This document shows, piece by piece, positions 1 to 12,888 of a stretch of 63,974 bases of DNA. A program made the translations under genes and the position numbers. The DNA is from Octopus bimaculoides (lineage: Eukaryota): positions 26,009,864-26,073,837 of the forward strand of contig NC_068981.1 in assembly GCF_001194135.2 (NCBI RefSeq). Reading direction: 5' to 3'. Numbering within the stretch: the stretch's first letter is position 1; every line of letters begins with the position of its first letter. Under the pieces are notes generated by a model, which saw nothing but the letters and a program-made list of their open reading frames with translations, was not told where the DNA came from and did no database searches.

Positions 1-254
1 AGTGGATACCTCAATCGGTCCTAACAATGTGTTATTGATTTGAACTTTATATATGGGCTCCATATAAACAATAATGAAGAGTTATTATTTTCTTCTTATC
101 ACAATATGACGTTTGTCACGTATGGATTTCTGCACATTAGCAATAATGAATCTTTTTGAGATTAATTTAAAACTTAACAAATTATTGTCGTCTGCAATCT
201 TTATAGCGTCTTCAAAATCCTCAAGAGCATCTGTCATTATGTATTCATTTAATG

Positions 255-612
255 CAGTGGTTCTCAACTGGGATCTTTGGAGGTTCACGCAACAAAATAT
301 AAACTGGGCATTCACAATAGTATTTTTGCATTTGATGTTTGTAATGGTATGTATTGCAATAGATAAGTTTCTTTCTCTAACATCTTACATAGTTCCACCT
401 AAACAAGGGAATATGCGAAACACAAAATAGAATTTGGAAAGAAGTGTCTATAAAACTAGTTTTTAAACATTGAACGGCTATGGAGTCCACTAGAATAAAA
501 TAGCAATCAAAGGGGGCCGCCAGAATAAAATAGTAATCAAAGAGGCTCTACCACCAGAGTACAATAGTAATCAAAGGCTCCATAGTTGATCTAAATAGAT
601 TAAAGACCATAC
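255..612. mobile_element. possible hAT-type MITE remnant
   Basis: Starts CAGTGGTTCTCAAC, a common hAT/Charlie-type TIR start. Contains three ~30-34 bp internal repeats (AGAATAAAATAGYAATCAAAG..., 492-590). The right end is degenerate and there is no clean 8-bp TSD. Confidence 0.35.
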
Positions 613-3164
613 ATTTCTTCATAGTTTACTATAGCCGATAAGACATAATGGCATATTCCAAGATTACAATGTTTATAGAGCGTGAGTGTGCTGAGTGAAT
701 CCGCCTAACGCATCAAAGAATCGGGCTTTAATGAAAACTGTGCAATGAACTAAGTCCCTACTCAATAACGGCTACTGACCGACGGAGACCCGCTCAATTC
801 CCATCTGTCCAGTTGTACTCAGGAGACTTGAATTGCCTCCTGGTTCTGTTATCTTTTACTACAGATTTAATCGGACTTGAAGTGCAATCGTTACACTTAC
901 TTTTTATTTTCTTTTTGATATGGTCAATTATTTAGAGCGTTTATCTTCCGTTCACACCTTTTCATCTTTATAAATGTTCATATTAATTATTATAGAAGTT
1001 GAAGGAAACCAGAATCAGTTACGAATTACCATTATTCTTTATTGTTTCTTTATAATTACATCGATGGCCTAACATTAAATTCATAACTGTGCTGATATAA
1101 TCATTTTTATTGGTTTCAGCCATCATGTTCAGTCCATGCTGGAGCGCTACCTTGTAAAGAAATTGAGTATCAAAAGTCTACATTTAATGCAGGTATATAA
1201 CATATCAATATTTTCTTTACAACCCTAGAAGCACATTAAGAAATGATAAGATAACTACTATATTTCAAGGATTATGATTTTGTTTACATTTACAATATAT
1301 ATACAGGAAATAGCCGATTTAATGGTTTAAGATATATTGCGATAAATAAACATGCTGTGCTGAGCGTGAGAAATATAAAAGAAATGTGAATACGTATATA
1401 TACACATACATACTTAAGAATACATGTGTATCCGTTTTAATCTTCATTAAACTAAGCAAATTTTATTCAGGTCATATGCTATCTGTTTTGATACGAATAA
1501 TATTTAAATCAATATTCCAAACTTAGAAATCTAGTATTAATCTTAATCAACATATCAGTTATTAGTATCTATTTTCATAGTTCGAAAATTAGTAGATATG
1601 AAAGATTTTAAATACATATTTAAAATCACGGATTTTTTTTTTTCTGTGCTAAGTCAGACCTGCTTCAGTAAAGGTATGTTCACTCTCTTTATTTTTGTAT
1701 CCAGGAGTTCACTGTCCAGTATATTCAACTTTATACAAAATGCTAATCACACCTTCATACAGGGTGTGGTCCGAAAAAAATTTCTCTAGCTCGTCGAGCG
1801 ACAAAACTGGCTAATCTTGGCTCAGGTAATATGATGTTGAACTTGCAGATAATTCTTCTTTGGTTAAAACATTGCACATTTTTACATTGTCATTATCTGC
1901 ATGCAGTACATTTTCGCAGCTGAATTATACACGGATTAAAAATGCTTGACCTAAAAAATTACCTGGAAGGGACCGATGTGTTGTTTAACTCGATAATTAT
2001 TTTCAAACTTCACAATTTCAGCCACTCAATGATTAAAGACCTTATAGACTCATGCATATCTATAGCACCTCTAGAATATTTCGACGTAATACTGTGAAAT
2101 ATATCCCTTCTATTCTAATCACAATATATTATATAAATATATATATATGAAAATAGAAAAGAAAATAGCTTCAATAATATTTTTAAAACTATCACTGTTC
2201 AGCATTTCAAGAGATCCAACAAAGGATATGAACTAACAAAAAGTGTGTCGTACCGCTAGCTAGAAAGAAAAAAAAAAGAAAAGAAAAAGAGATTTAATTA
2301 AAAAGCGAATTACAGTCTTGAATAAGGGCTGGTTACAGAAAGCAATGTGAATCCCATTCCTGGCCTAACAATAGACAAACAACAATAAAAAATATAAAAA
2401 TATACCATGCAAAAGCTTAAACAGAAATTTAGTTGACGCGTGTATTTTGTTTTCCCGTTTACACTTCAGTTCTTGTAATTAACAAACCGCATCAACAAGA
2501 CGTTATTACTTTACGAAAGATTGCGAGAACGAAATCATGTTTGACATCCGTTTTTCTTACTGTTGACACATTAGTTTCCCATCGATCGCAAAAATAATCT
2601 CTTGCATTAACAGAGAACAAAATAAATCAGAAGTTGTTTTCTTTTCTTTTTTCTTCTTTTTGTTATTTGCTTGTAAATGCCTTCTACTCATTTGTTTTAA
2701 TATGGTAGTCATTTCCTTGAACTAAGATTGGTGAAACCAATATAATTGGATTATAAACTGCCAGATACAAGGCGTCGTATGAGATTAAGAAACTGATCGA
2801 ACCATTAAAAATACAACGCATACAACGTATAAATTTACATTTGCAATAATTAGTCTGTAAGTATTTTTCCCTGAAAACGTATAAAATCTTTGACAAATAT
2901 CAAATACTGTTTAAGTATATGGGATGGGACAGACTCGTCCGTGTAAACACGGTCATTTTTGTTTGTGTATATGTGTGCCTGCAGTAATTAGAAGATATCG
3001 CCGGTATCGTCAGACAGTTTCACGATGAAACTACAAGCGAATCTTTGAAGCCATATTTGATTCTGCCTTTGTGGGAATCATTTCCCGGTTACTATTCAGT
3101 GTTTGATATATTTTTCCTATAATTTGAAATTATAGATATATTTTATTAGTGTTGATATATATAT

Positions 3165-3295
<131 letters not shown>

Positions 3296-4411
3296 AAGAG
3301 AGAGAGATGGATATATATACTGATGAAGATATATACATAGAGATAGAAAGAAAGAGAGAAACAGACATCAAAAAAGAGATTTGGCGGCTGAGAATGATAT
3401 GCAGAGGTTAAGCAGGAGTACGAGGCTTGATCATAATTTTTGCATGTGTAAGTATGCGCCTATCGGCATCGGCAGCCTCTCTCTCGATAGAGGGAGAGGC
3501 TGCCGATGAGATCAGTGGAGGTTGTTGTCTGTCCTATGCGCCACCAGACGCGGGATGGTCTAAGGACTAAGGAAGTATGCGCCGTATTGTATGTGTCTTA
3601 ATTAAAAGAAAAAAGAAAGGAAAATGAAAGTTAGTGTTCTTGCCGGATTTCTGAGAGTCGTAGGAGGAAGAAATGGAAGTTATTTCCAGAGTACGACCAG
3701 CATGATTGACAGAGGCTAAGTGCAGTCCAGTGAAGATACCCGAGGGCTTAAAAATGGAGGTATTATTTAAAAGAATTTTGTCTGTTATTTCGAGGAATTC
3801 GAGTGATAATTTTAGAGTTCCTATCGTTGCCTCATATAAATTTGTTTGATCTATAAGACTAATGTGCGGAAGGATACATCAATTATAGCCAGTCGATATG
3901 ATTTAAGTGATTCTTTTACTTCAGAGTCCCCGCTTCCTTCGTCACAATTAATTACCAAGCAAAACGAGCTTAAAATAAAATAGGTTACAAGTCTCTAATT
4001 ATATACAAAATGTCTGTTGACAAACAGAACGAAAATGCTATTTATACACAAGAATAAAAACCGAATAACTGTGTCTAATTCTTCAAAAAGAAAAACAGAA
4101 ATAAACAATAGTAGACTAATTCTGTCACTGCAACGAAATGCCTTCCAAGCCAGTGAATATATAAGTGGAATAGAAAAAAAAAGAAGAGCGGAATTATACC
4201 TATTTGATCCATTGCATAACAGAGATTTATCTTGCCATTGATTAGACTCCAAGACGTTAACGTTCAACAATCGACTGTGATATGAATATACGTAATGGAA
4301 AGTAATTGATCAATTATATACGCTATCTAATAGCTTCTGTCGTTCATTCACTATCTCACTATATATATAAAAATGCGTGTGCTTGCAGTATATATATACA
4401 TATATATATAT

Positions 4412-5150
4412 NNNNNNNNNNNNNNNNNNNNNNNNNNNNNNNNNNNNNNNNNNNNNNNNNNNNNNNNNNNNNNNNNNNNNNNNNNNNNNNNNNNNNNNNN
4501 NNNNNNNNNNNNNNNNNNNNNNNNNNNNNNNNNNNNNNNNNNNNNNNNNNNNNNNNNNNNNNNNNNNNNNNNNNNNNNNNNNNNNNNNNNNNNNNNNNNN
4601 NNNNNNNNNNNNNNNNNNNNNNNNNNNNNNNNNNNNNNNNNNNNNNNNNNNNNNNNNNNNNNNNNNNNNNNNNNNNNNNNNNNNNNNNNNNNNNNNNNNN
4701 NNNNNNNNNNNNNNNNNNNNNNNNNNNNNNNNNNNNNNNNNNNNNNNNNNNNNNNNNNNNNNNNNNNNNNNNNNNNNNNNNNNNNNNNNNNNNNNNNNNN
4801 NNNNNNNNNNNNNNNNNNNNNNNNNNNNNNNNNNNNNNNNNNNNNNNNNNNNNNNNNNNNNNNNNNNNNNNNNNNNNNNNNNNNNNNNNNNNNNNNNNNN
4901 NNNNNNNNNNNNNNNNNNNNNNNNNNNNNNNNNNNNNNNNNNNNNNNNNNNNNNNNNNNNNNNNNNNNNNNNNNNNNNNNNNNNNNNNNNNNNNNNNNNN
5001 NNNNNNNNNNNNNNNNNNNNNNNNNNNNNNNNNNNNNNNNNNNNNNNNNNNNNNNNNNNNNNNNNNNNNNNNNNNNNNNNNNNNNNNNNNNNNNNNNNNN
5101 NNNNNNNNNNNNNNNNNNNNNNNNNNNNNNNNNNNNNNNNNNNNNNNNNN
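4412..5150. other. assembly gap (N run) flanked by (TA)n
   Basis: N run. Other gaps are at about 12543-12653, 16105-16114, 17628-18255, 25442-25786, 26467-26778, 34888-35093, 35962-36166, 37800-38191, 57389-57584 and 60089-60321. Most are bordered by TA or other microsatellites. Confidence 0.98.
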
Positions 5151-6004
5151 TATATATATATATATATATGGTTAGGATGTATGGTTGGATGGAAATATAG
5201 ATATAAATACACGCGAAAATACTTTCACAGGCTGATTTAGAAGTCGCTGTTGTATTTATACAAATTTACTAGATTATATTTTCATTATGATTTTGTTTCC
5301 ACATATTTTTGATTATATCTCAGCTATTTTGTTCTGAATACGCATTCATTCATACGTACACACACGCACAGAGGCACACATAGACACACACACACAAGCA
5401 CATACACACACATATAACATCGCAGTCGCAGCGGGCATATCTACAACTTTTGAACCCACCACGCTGGACTACTGCGATATTTAATTCCTAGGGAGAATGT
5501 TATGTTTCCTACAACGTTCGAATCTCCTCATTTGCGACTCTACTGTAACTGACACTTTCGCTCACAGCTTGCCAGACATTGGAATTCAACTACTGAGTGC
5601 TGCAACGTGGGTCGAGCATAATAAATAGTGTAAATGATGCAAACGCCGTTGATAGGCGCATACGTTTATCGAAACGGTTGCAATAGAAACAAATCGTATC
5701 GGCAGTAATTCTAGAAAAGTCTCCCTTGAAGCCATCGAGACAAGGATAATGGAGTTGACAACTGATGTGGCCTGAACTTCAGAGCAACCCCGCTCCGCAT
5801 TTGTCCTGCAAATACCAGAAAATATGTAAAAAGAAATAACCATCTAATCAACACATATGCTTCATGTTTCTACTATTAAAACAAAACTTATTTCCGACGC
5901 TATTATCCACTGCACTTTAGACGGCACTGAACTCAACATGTTGTGGTAAGTTTAAAATAATATATGCTTACACAATGTCTCCTAGTATTTATACATATAA
6001 AATG

Positions 6005-6190
6005 CTGTGAGCAAGCAGAATCGTTAGCACGCCGAAGAGTATGCTTAGCGGCATTTCTTCCGGCTTTACATTTTCGACTTGAAATGCCACCGAGATTGAC
6101 TTTGCCTCTCAACCTATCGGGCTTGAAAAACTAAATACCAGTTAAGCACGGGTTGTTGCAATTGACTAGTCCTGATCCTCAAAGACCTAT
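6005..6190 (+). mobile_element. SINE family A copy (GGCGGYGAGCTGGCAGAATCGTTAGC-head type), diverged
   Basis: GCAGAATCGTTAGCACGCCG...ATGCTTAGCGGCATTTC...CCGAGATTGACTTTGCC aligns by eye with the copies at 53765 and 60763. Confidence 0.7.
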
Positions 6191-6314
6191 TGAAGAAAGT
6201 AATATCTATACATGTCAAAAAAGAACATGATGGGAGGCATGATACAGGTTTATACAAGTACATTTCCTATAATTACATACATGTTAAAATCATTTAAAAC
6301 ACGATTACCTTTTT

Positions 6315-6462
6315 CTTTCAATGTCCGTCAACTAAATCCACTCACACTAGTTGGGTTGGCCTAAGACTAAAGTAGATGACACTCGACCAAGGTGTCAAGC
6401 AGTGCGATTAAACCTAGAGCCATGAGATTGGGAAGGAAACCTCTTACCACATAGCCACACCT
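6315..6462 (-). mobile_element. SINE family B 5' half (tRNA-like head)
   Basis: The reverse complement reads GTGTGGCTATGTGGTAAGAGG...ACCTTGGTCGAGTGTC...GTGAGTGGATTTAGTTGACGGAC, matching the heads at 24710, 39262 and 62655. Confidence 0.7.
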
Positions 6463-6880
6463 CACATATAATTTCCATATAAATATATGTATAGACTGTT
6501 TCACATTAGCCACAGTTCAAAGGGTGCTTTCCTCAGAGGCATGCTAAACAGATACGCACATATTAAAATGCTTACAAATTCTGTATAAAATAAAATTCCT
6601 AATATTGGCTGCTGCATTTTTACACATATATTTTTTCAATTCGGCTCCAAATTAAAAATCTAATTGCGTTCTAATAGACTTAGAAACAATTTAAAATGTA
6701 TCTCGTTATAATGTCACTATACTCTCTAAATATCAAGTTCTAAACTTTTCATTATATGCTAGAAGGAGGAAAATTATTTTTGTGTTGTTGGATTAAGTAA
6801 AACTTTGAACTATGCAAATGTATATAAAAATGCACATAATATATATACATACATACATACATACATACGTGTGTACTTGT

Positions 6881-6970
6881 GTGTATGTATATATGCATGT
6901 GTGTATGTATATATGCATGTGTGTATGTATATATGCATGTGTGTATGTATATATGCATGTGTGTATGTAT
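6881..6970. repeat. 20-bp minisatellite (GTGTATGTATATATGCATGT) x4.5
   Basis: Exact tandem copies. Confidence 0.9.
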
Positions 6971-7555
6971 AAATATTTCTAGCTTGGAATATATTGAACG
7001 AAGGAGATAATTGATTAATCGAATTATCGAATTATATGGTACACGTGGTTGCTTATCTTCTGTTGATATTGAAAGAAAATATTTTGAATGATGGAAATAT
7101 TTGACCAAGTTGGAACAAGGTAAACTTTGATTTATCGAATTATCTGGCTTGATGTGGTTCTTATACGAAACTATTTTACGTCTTTCTCTGTTTATTTTTT
7201 TCTACTCTTATGAAAACTTCAATTACTAAACACATATAAACTTTGTAAAATACCATTTTGCTTACTCACCAACTTTTCAAGCCTTTATAGAACTGGAAGA
7301 ATAAAGAAATCAAAACTTTCTAATATCCTAAACTGGTAGAAGCAAAGCACGCGCGCGCACAAACACACACGCACACACACACACAAACATACATACACGC
7401 ACAAACAAATAAGCAGATGAGCGCGCATACTCAAACACAAATATACAAGCATATACAAGAACATATAAGAAATATCAATATAGATATATATGCTTATTTA
7501 TATTTATACATACATTACACAATTGAATTATATACATACATACATACAGAAAGAT

Positions 7556-7586
<31 letters not shown>

Positions 7587-10500
7587 TAGATATTTATCAC
7601 TGGGGCAAAATGATCATTATCGAACGTGCATGAAACACCTCGGGAGAGATTACTTGTTCTAGAATATTCTGCGTTGAAATATACTCCGAATGAAAACCTG
7701 AGAATCGTTTGTATTCTTGTTTTCTACTAAATCTTGGGCCATCTGAGATGAAACGCTTCTATTTGAAAAGCGAGTGCAGTACTGTGCACATTTCACTCTC
7801 TGTAATCGATTTCAAGTACAGAAACTTCTTGGAAAATATATTATGCATAGATTCTTGAAAATATACTGTGTAAAGTCTTCAAGCCCTGCGTGCTGGGGGA
7901 ACCTTCAGGCCTGTTCTACTTGAGGTATGAGTAACATATCAGACTCAGTACGCTAGCCAGTTTGGGAAGCCTGTGTTTTCACTGCACCTTGCGTAAATAT
8001 CAACTAAATCTCCTTTACAGTTACAAAGTGCTTTGCTCACGAAATCTCTTTCACAGTTACAAAGTGCTTTGTTCACGAATGCAACCCATCTAGATACATG
8101 AATTGAAGCCACAATCTTACGACCATAGGTCTAAAATCCTAACCACTAACTCACACGCCTCTGATATGCTCATTGTTGTCTTGTCTTTAATCTTTATTTT
8201 GTCTGGTCAGGGTGATTCTGGGACGAAAATTACGACAAAATATTGGATTCAATTTTAACATTGATTCCTTCAGAGAAAGTTATCAATTTTTTAATTGATA
8301 AATGATAGACCATTCTATTGTATAAACCCGTAACCTCTCGCCCACACATTCGGCATTATTATAATCATTTAAATAAAATGAATATTTAATAACCTGTATA
8401 TTGTGAAAAACAACGCTTGACTGCATAAGTAATTTTTTCACACGTTTATTCAAACGTCCATCGTGTATTTCTCCAATAATCCCTGCATAACACGCTTCAT
8501 GAGAATTTACACAGTTACCTAAGAGAGTTTACAAACTAATCAAAAAGATCAATGATGTAAATGTACATAAAAATAGGAAAACAAGACGTGTTACAAAAAT
8601 AATATGCTCCTGAGGGTTTAATATTCGCTGAAATTTTCGGAAATTACAGCATTATTACTCAACTGTTGGCTTCACACAAGTTATTGAAAAATATATTAAA
8701 CTTAAAATGTAAGTGTCATGTGTTCTGAGTTGTGTTTGCACGAAGCATCGCGCGACATGAATTATTTACAGCAGAAATTCTTAAGTGATCTGTATATCTC
8801 AATAATATTACACTGTAATAATATTTATGTAATACTTTCAGACAATGTTCTCGTCGTATTTTCATACTCATTTTGGGATATTAAGTCATCTGTATTTTCT
8901 CATGTTTAATGCATAGGAACTCGTGTATTCACATTTAATATTGCGCACAATATTTGCATTAAGTACCTTTTGACTTTTAGAATTATACTTTTTATTCGCA
9001 TTATTATCAAATTCCCATATCCAAAGGACTGTTTGTGTTCACATTAAATCATATTCCGTTGCTGGCGTTGCATCAACCCTCGACCAGGCACCTATCTTCA
9101 TTTGCATCTTGTTTAGTTAGATGAAAAATAGTTGGAAATGAGATTGTATCTACTCGAAAGATGCGAAGAATATTTATCTTTCCTTCATCGCATATTCTTA
9201 AAGGAATATTGGAAATAATGGTCTAACAGATACCTATTTTCCGATTACTACCGGGAAAAGTGGCTCCGTAACTCAAAGAAAGTATTTCTTTCAAAATTTA
9301 TAACTCACATAAGACATTGTTTATTTTGATTATCACCTACTGCTGTACTTCTCAGTGCATATTACACTTGAGTATACCTTCTAATAAGTATTTGACCTTT
9401 ACATCTTTCATCCGCATTCGAGCTTGTTAAATTCAGACTTTTGAATAAATACATATTTCTTTATTCAGCGTTGGAGTATCTTCCTTCATTGTTATTTGAT
9501 TTCACTTTAGAAACAATTCTTTACATTTTAAGTACATTCTTGTGTCTAAATCCAGCAAACACGTTCCGCTATATAACACTTCTCAAACATAAGTGAAAAT
9601 GCACCAATTTTAACCGATATAGTAGCTTCTCATTAACATGGAAGATATGTTCGAATCTAAAAGCTTTCCCGTGCCTCACGTTTATCTTTCTTTCATCACA
9701 CAATATCCTTTCTAAACTACAACGACTATTGTAATATATCAAGCTCTTCGACTGCAAGAGAATCTTTATTAAAAAAAACAGAAAAACAGATCTTTCCTAT
9801 CCTGATAATTCATGAGCTTAATCTATTTTATGAAATTTTAATCGGGAATTTCAGTTGTATACCTGGCCGCTGATTTTGGACTGAGATCATTTATTGAAGT
9901 GCAACCGTTGCATCATGGTATATATATAATACATTCTTCAAATGTTTTGTCGTATATATACACCTCCACTTCCGGCAAGTTTGCTGTCATCAATTTACCG
10001 TTTTTTTTTTTTTAAATTAAAAATAGTGTTTAAATGTTAATGGTGAGATACTGCGGATATATGCTTTTGATAAAACTTTCCCCGTGGTGAACTTTCCTCT
10101 CGGTAAACTTTCTTTCACAGTGAATTCTCCTTTGTTGAATTGATGACGGGGAAATTACCTGTAATCATACACAATAGCCACTTACTCAATTTCCCGTTCA
10201 TGCTGTATATTTTTCAAATATTTTAGTCAGGAGGAAAGGTACTATCCTTTATAGATTTACAGGGCCACCGAAAATTTTGGCACCAAAATAGGAATTTACA
10301 CATAAAGTGGAGAACTACACCGAATTCTTGGAGCAGGTGGGACTCTGCTAATAAAAGTAAAGTTGTTAAGTGCTGGACATAAACTGGGCAATCGATTACA
10401 TCAACCGCCCAAGTAAGATATAGCTAGAATTGAATTCGCAAAGAGTTTTAATTACCGTGAGGCGTCCAATCGGAGGCTGTCATAGTTACTGCAATCCACC

Positions 10501-10879
10501 TCCATGGATTGGTATCAATTTATTGATCCTGAAAAGATGAAAGGTAAAGTTGACATGGGCGGGCTTTGTATTCCAATATCAATGGCATTATCATATATAG
10601 CACCATTGCAAAAGTAAACAGAAATTGGTGTAATTGTATATACATAATTTGAAGTGTTATCGAAACTATCATCTATCACACATTTTTGCCACTCATTTTT
10701 TTCTATTTCTCTGTATAAACACAACCTTCTATCAGTTGGACATTACTATTCTCTTGTGTTTTCAAATACCATAGTACAACGTACATTTCGAAATGTGTAC
10801 TTCTCATTTTAGAGATTGTTACAAAATAAAGTTTGTAATTGCTTCTAATTTAGATACAAGGTCAGTAGCTTTTGAGAGC

Positions 10880-11045
10880 GGAGAGGTATTCAACACCATC
10901 GAACTCAGTATTTGCTTGGCACTTCATTTTATTGACTATGAAAGGATGAAAGGTAATGTCGCATTTGAAAGGTTTTGAACTCAAGACGTAAAAATTCGGA
11001 AGCGATGCTGCTAACAATTTTAACAGCCCGTCGCATTTCGTTACC
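10880..11045 (-). mobile_element. SINE family A copy, diverged
   Basis: CATTTTATTGACTATGAAAGGATGAAAGG...TTTGAACTCAAGACGTAAA is the reverse complement of the family A body. Confidence 0.65.

Positions 11046-11047
<2 letters not shown>

Positions 11048-11134
<87 letters not shown>
11048..11134. repeat. (TAA)n microsatellite
   Basis: Read directly from the sequence. It abuts the 5' end of an R4/Dong copy. Confidence 0.95.
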
Positions 11135-12311
11135 CATTAGAGTGGTATACAAAATATGCTATAGAGCCACCGAAGAAAACAGTCTATGATGGTATATAAA
11201 AAATGCTGTGGAGCCACTGAAGAAAACGGCCGAGAGTGATACATAAAAAAAGCCGTGGAGCTAGCGAGGAAAGCAGCCTAGGGTGGTATATAAAAATACC
11301 GTGGAGTAATAGAGGAAAATAGCCTAGGGTGGCATATATGAAAAATGCCGTGGAGCCACTGTTGAAATACACGGAGAAGGCCGACGTCATCAAAGCTGAA
11401 CATTGTGTAACTAAAGAAACATTTAAACAAGAAATGAAGAAAAAAAAAAGAAAAAAACATGGAAGGAAAAAATGTACAGTCAGTTTGCAAGAGACGTGAA
11501 TGCCAAGACAGATACAGAGGACCGGTGGCTATGGATGACAAGGAATGACCTGAGATAGAGACAGAAGCACTCATATGCGAAGCTGAGGAACAAGCGTAAA
11601 TGACCAATTATATGAAGTACAGAATTGACAACAGTACAGATAGCCACAAATGCAGAATGTGTGATGAGGGGATTGAAACGATATGCTAGATCGTTACCGA
11701 ATACACAAAATTGGCACAACGAGAATACAAACTACACCATGACAATGTGGCATGAACGATCCATTGTGAGTTCTGTGGAAAACAGGCTACAAAGAGCAAA
11801 GACGTGGTATGAAGAAACCCAGAAGGAGTCACCGAAAATAAGAACTACAAAATCCTTTGGGGTGTAATGATCAATTGCAATCACCTGGCCAGACAACGGA
11901 AACCGGACATTGTTGTGGTAAATAAAAAAGAAAGAACATGTATGATTATCGACAAGGCATGCCCCGGTGACAGCAAGATCAATGTGAAAGAAGAAGAACA
12001 AAATAAACACCTATGACGATTTTAAGTGAGAAATACGAAGGTTGTGGTCAATGAAGAGAGAGAAGACGTGATACCAATAGTAATTGGTGCCCTTGGAAAT
12101 ATCGGTACTCAACTACTAACATCGCTCAAAAAGATCGTTGCAAGTGTGAAGGTAGAAAACCTAAAAAAATAAAATCCGCATTGCTTGGAACTGCAAGAAT
12201 TCTTCGCAGGGTTCTTGAAGCATGACCAGTTAAACATATATCACCTTAGTCTGCTGGCTATGGACAGTTGAAACTTTCCATCGTATCCAGCAAAGTAAGC
12301 TGTGAGACTTC

Positions 12312-12313
<2 letters not shown>
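11135..12313 (+). mobile_element. 5'-truncated R4/Dong-clade non-LTR retrotransposon (zinc knuckle + RLE + 3'UTR), pseudogenised
   Basis: Frame-shifted translation gives WLWMTRNDL, KCRMCDEGIET...KLAQREYKLHHDNVA (zinc-knuckle region), RKPDIVVVNKKERTCMIIDKACPGD (RLE PD..D motif), IPIVIGALG and SALLGTARILRRVLEA*. A short 3'UTR then runs into (TAA)n. Confidence 0.9.
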
Positions 12314-12344
<31 letters not shown>

Positions 12345-12355
12345 TAATAATAATA

Positions 12356-12431
<76 letters not shown>
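12314..12431. repeat. (TAA)n microsatellite
   Basis: Read directly from the sequence. Confidence 0.95.
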
Positions 12432-12741
12432 GCAACCATACTCTGGGATATACCAATACGCACAGATAGAGAAATTAAGGCAAATAGACCAGATATAGTC
12501 GTCAAAGATAATGAAGAAAAAAAAATGCTTTCTAATTGATGTNNNNNNNNNNNNNNNNNNNNNNNNNNNNNNNNNNNNNNNNNNNNNNNNNNNNNNNNNN
12601 NNNNNNNNNNNNNNNNNNNNNNNNNNNNNNNNNNNNNNNNNNNNNNNNNNNNNCACAGCAAACCACAGCACATACCCAAGGCACACAGAGCTGCGCTCGG
12701 TAGTGAAGTGAAAGCACGTTATAAAAATAAAACTACTGAAC
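12432..12741 (+). mobile_element. R4/Dong-clade 3' fragment, second family (interrupted by an N gap)
   Basis: ATILWDIPIRTDREIKANRPDIVVKDNEEKKCFLIDV is an RLE motif. The 3'UTR (...GAAAGCACGTTATAAAAATAAAACTACTGAAC) is nearly identical to the minus-strand copy at 53406. Confidence 0.85.
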
Positions 12742-12754
12742 AATAATAATAATA

Positions 12755-12888
12755 AATGCCCTGATGCAGTACCAATGCCCTGATGCAGTACCAATGCCCT
12801 GATGCAGTACCAATGCCCTGATGCAGTACCAATGCCCTGATACAGTACCAATGCCCTGATGCAGTAATAAATGCCCGGATGCAGTACC
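12755..12888. repeat. 19-bp tandem repeat (AATGCCCTGATGCAGTACC) x7
   Basis: Units 1-4 are identical, units 5 and 7 have one substitution each, and unit 6 is truncated. Confidence 0.95.

Noticed and set aside
4306-5240. Long ORFs in the ORF track spanning N runs (also ~17.6k, 25.4k, 26.4k, 34.8k, 35.9k, 37.7k, 57.3k, 60.0k)
   Set aside because: They are open only because N codons are not stops. The flanks are TA/CA microsatellites.
8006-8077. 36-bp direct duplication
   Set aside because: Two copies only, consistent with an ordinary local slippage duplication.
11135-12888. Tandem arrays as CRISPR-like repeat-spacer arrays
   Set aside because: The units are contiguous with no unique spacers, they derive from retroelement ends, and there are no cas genes.
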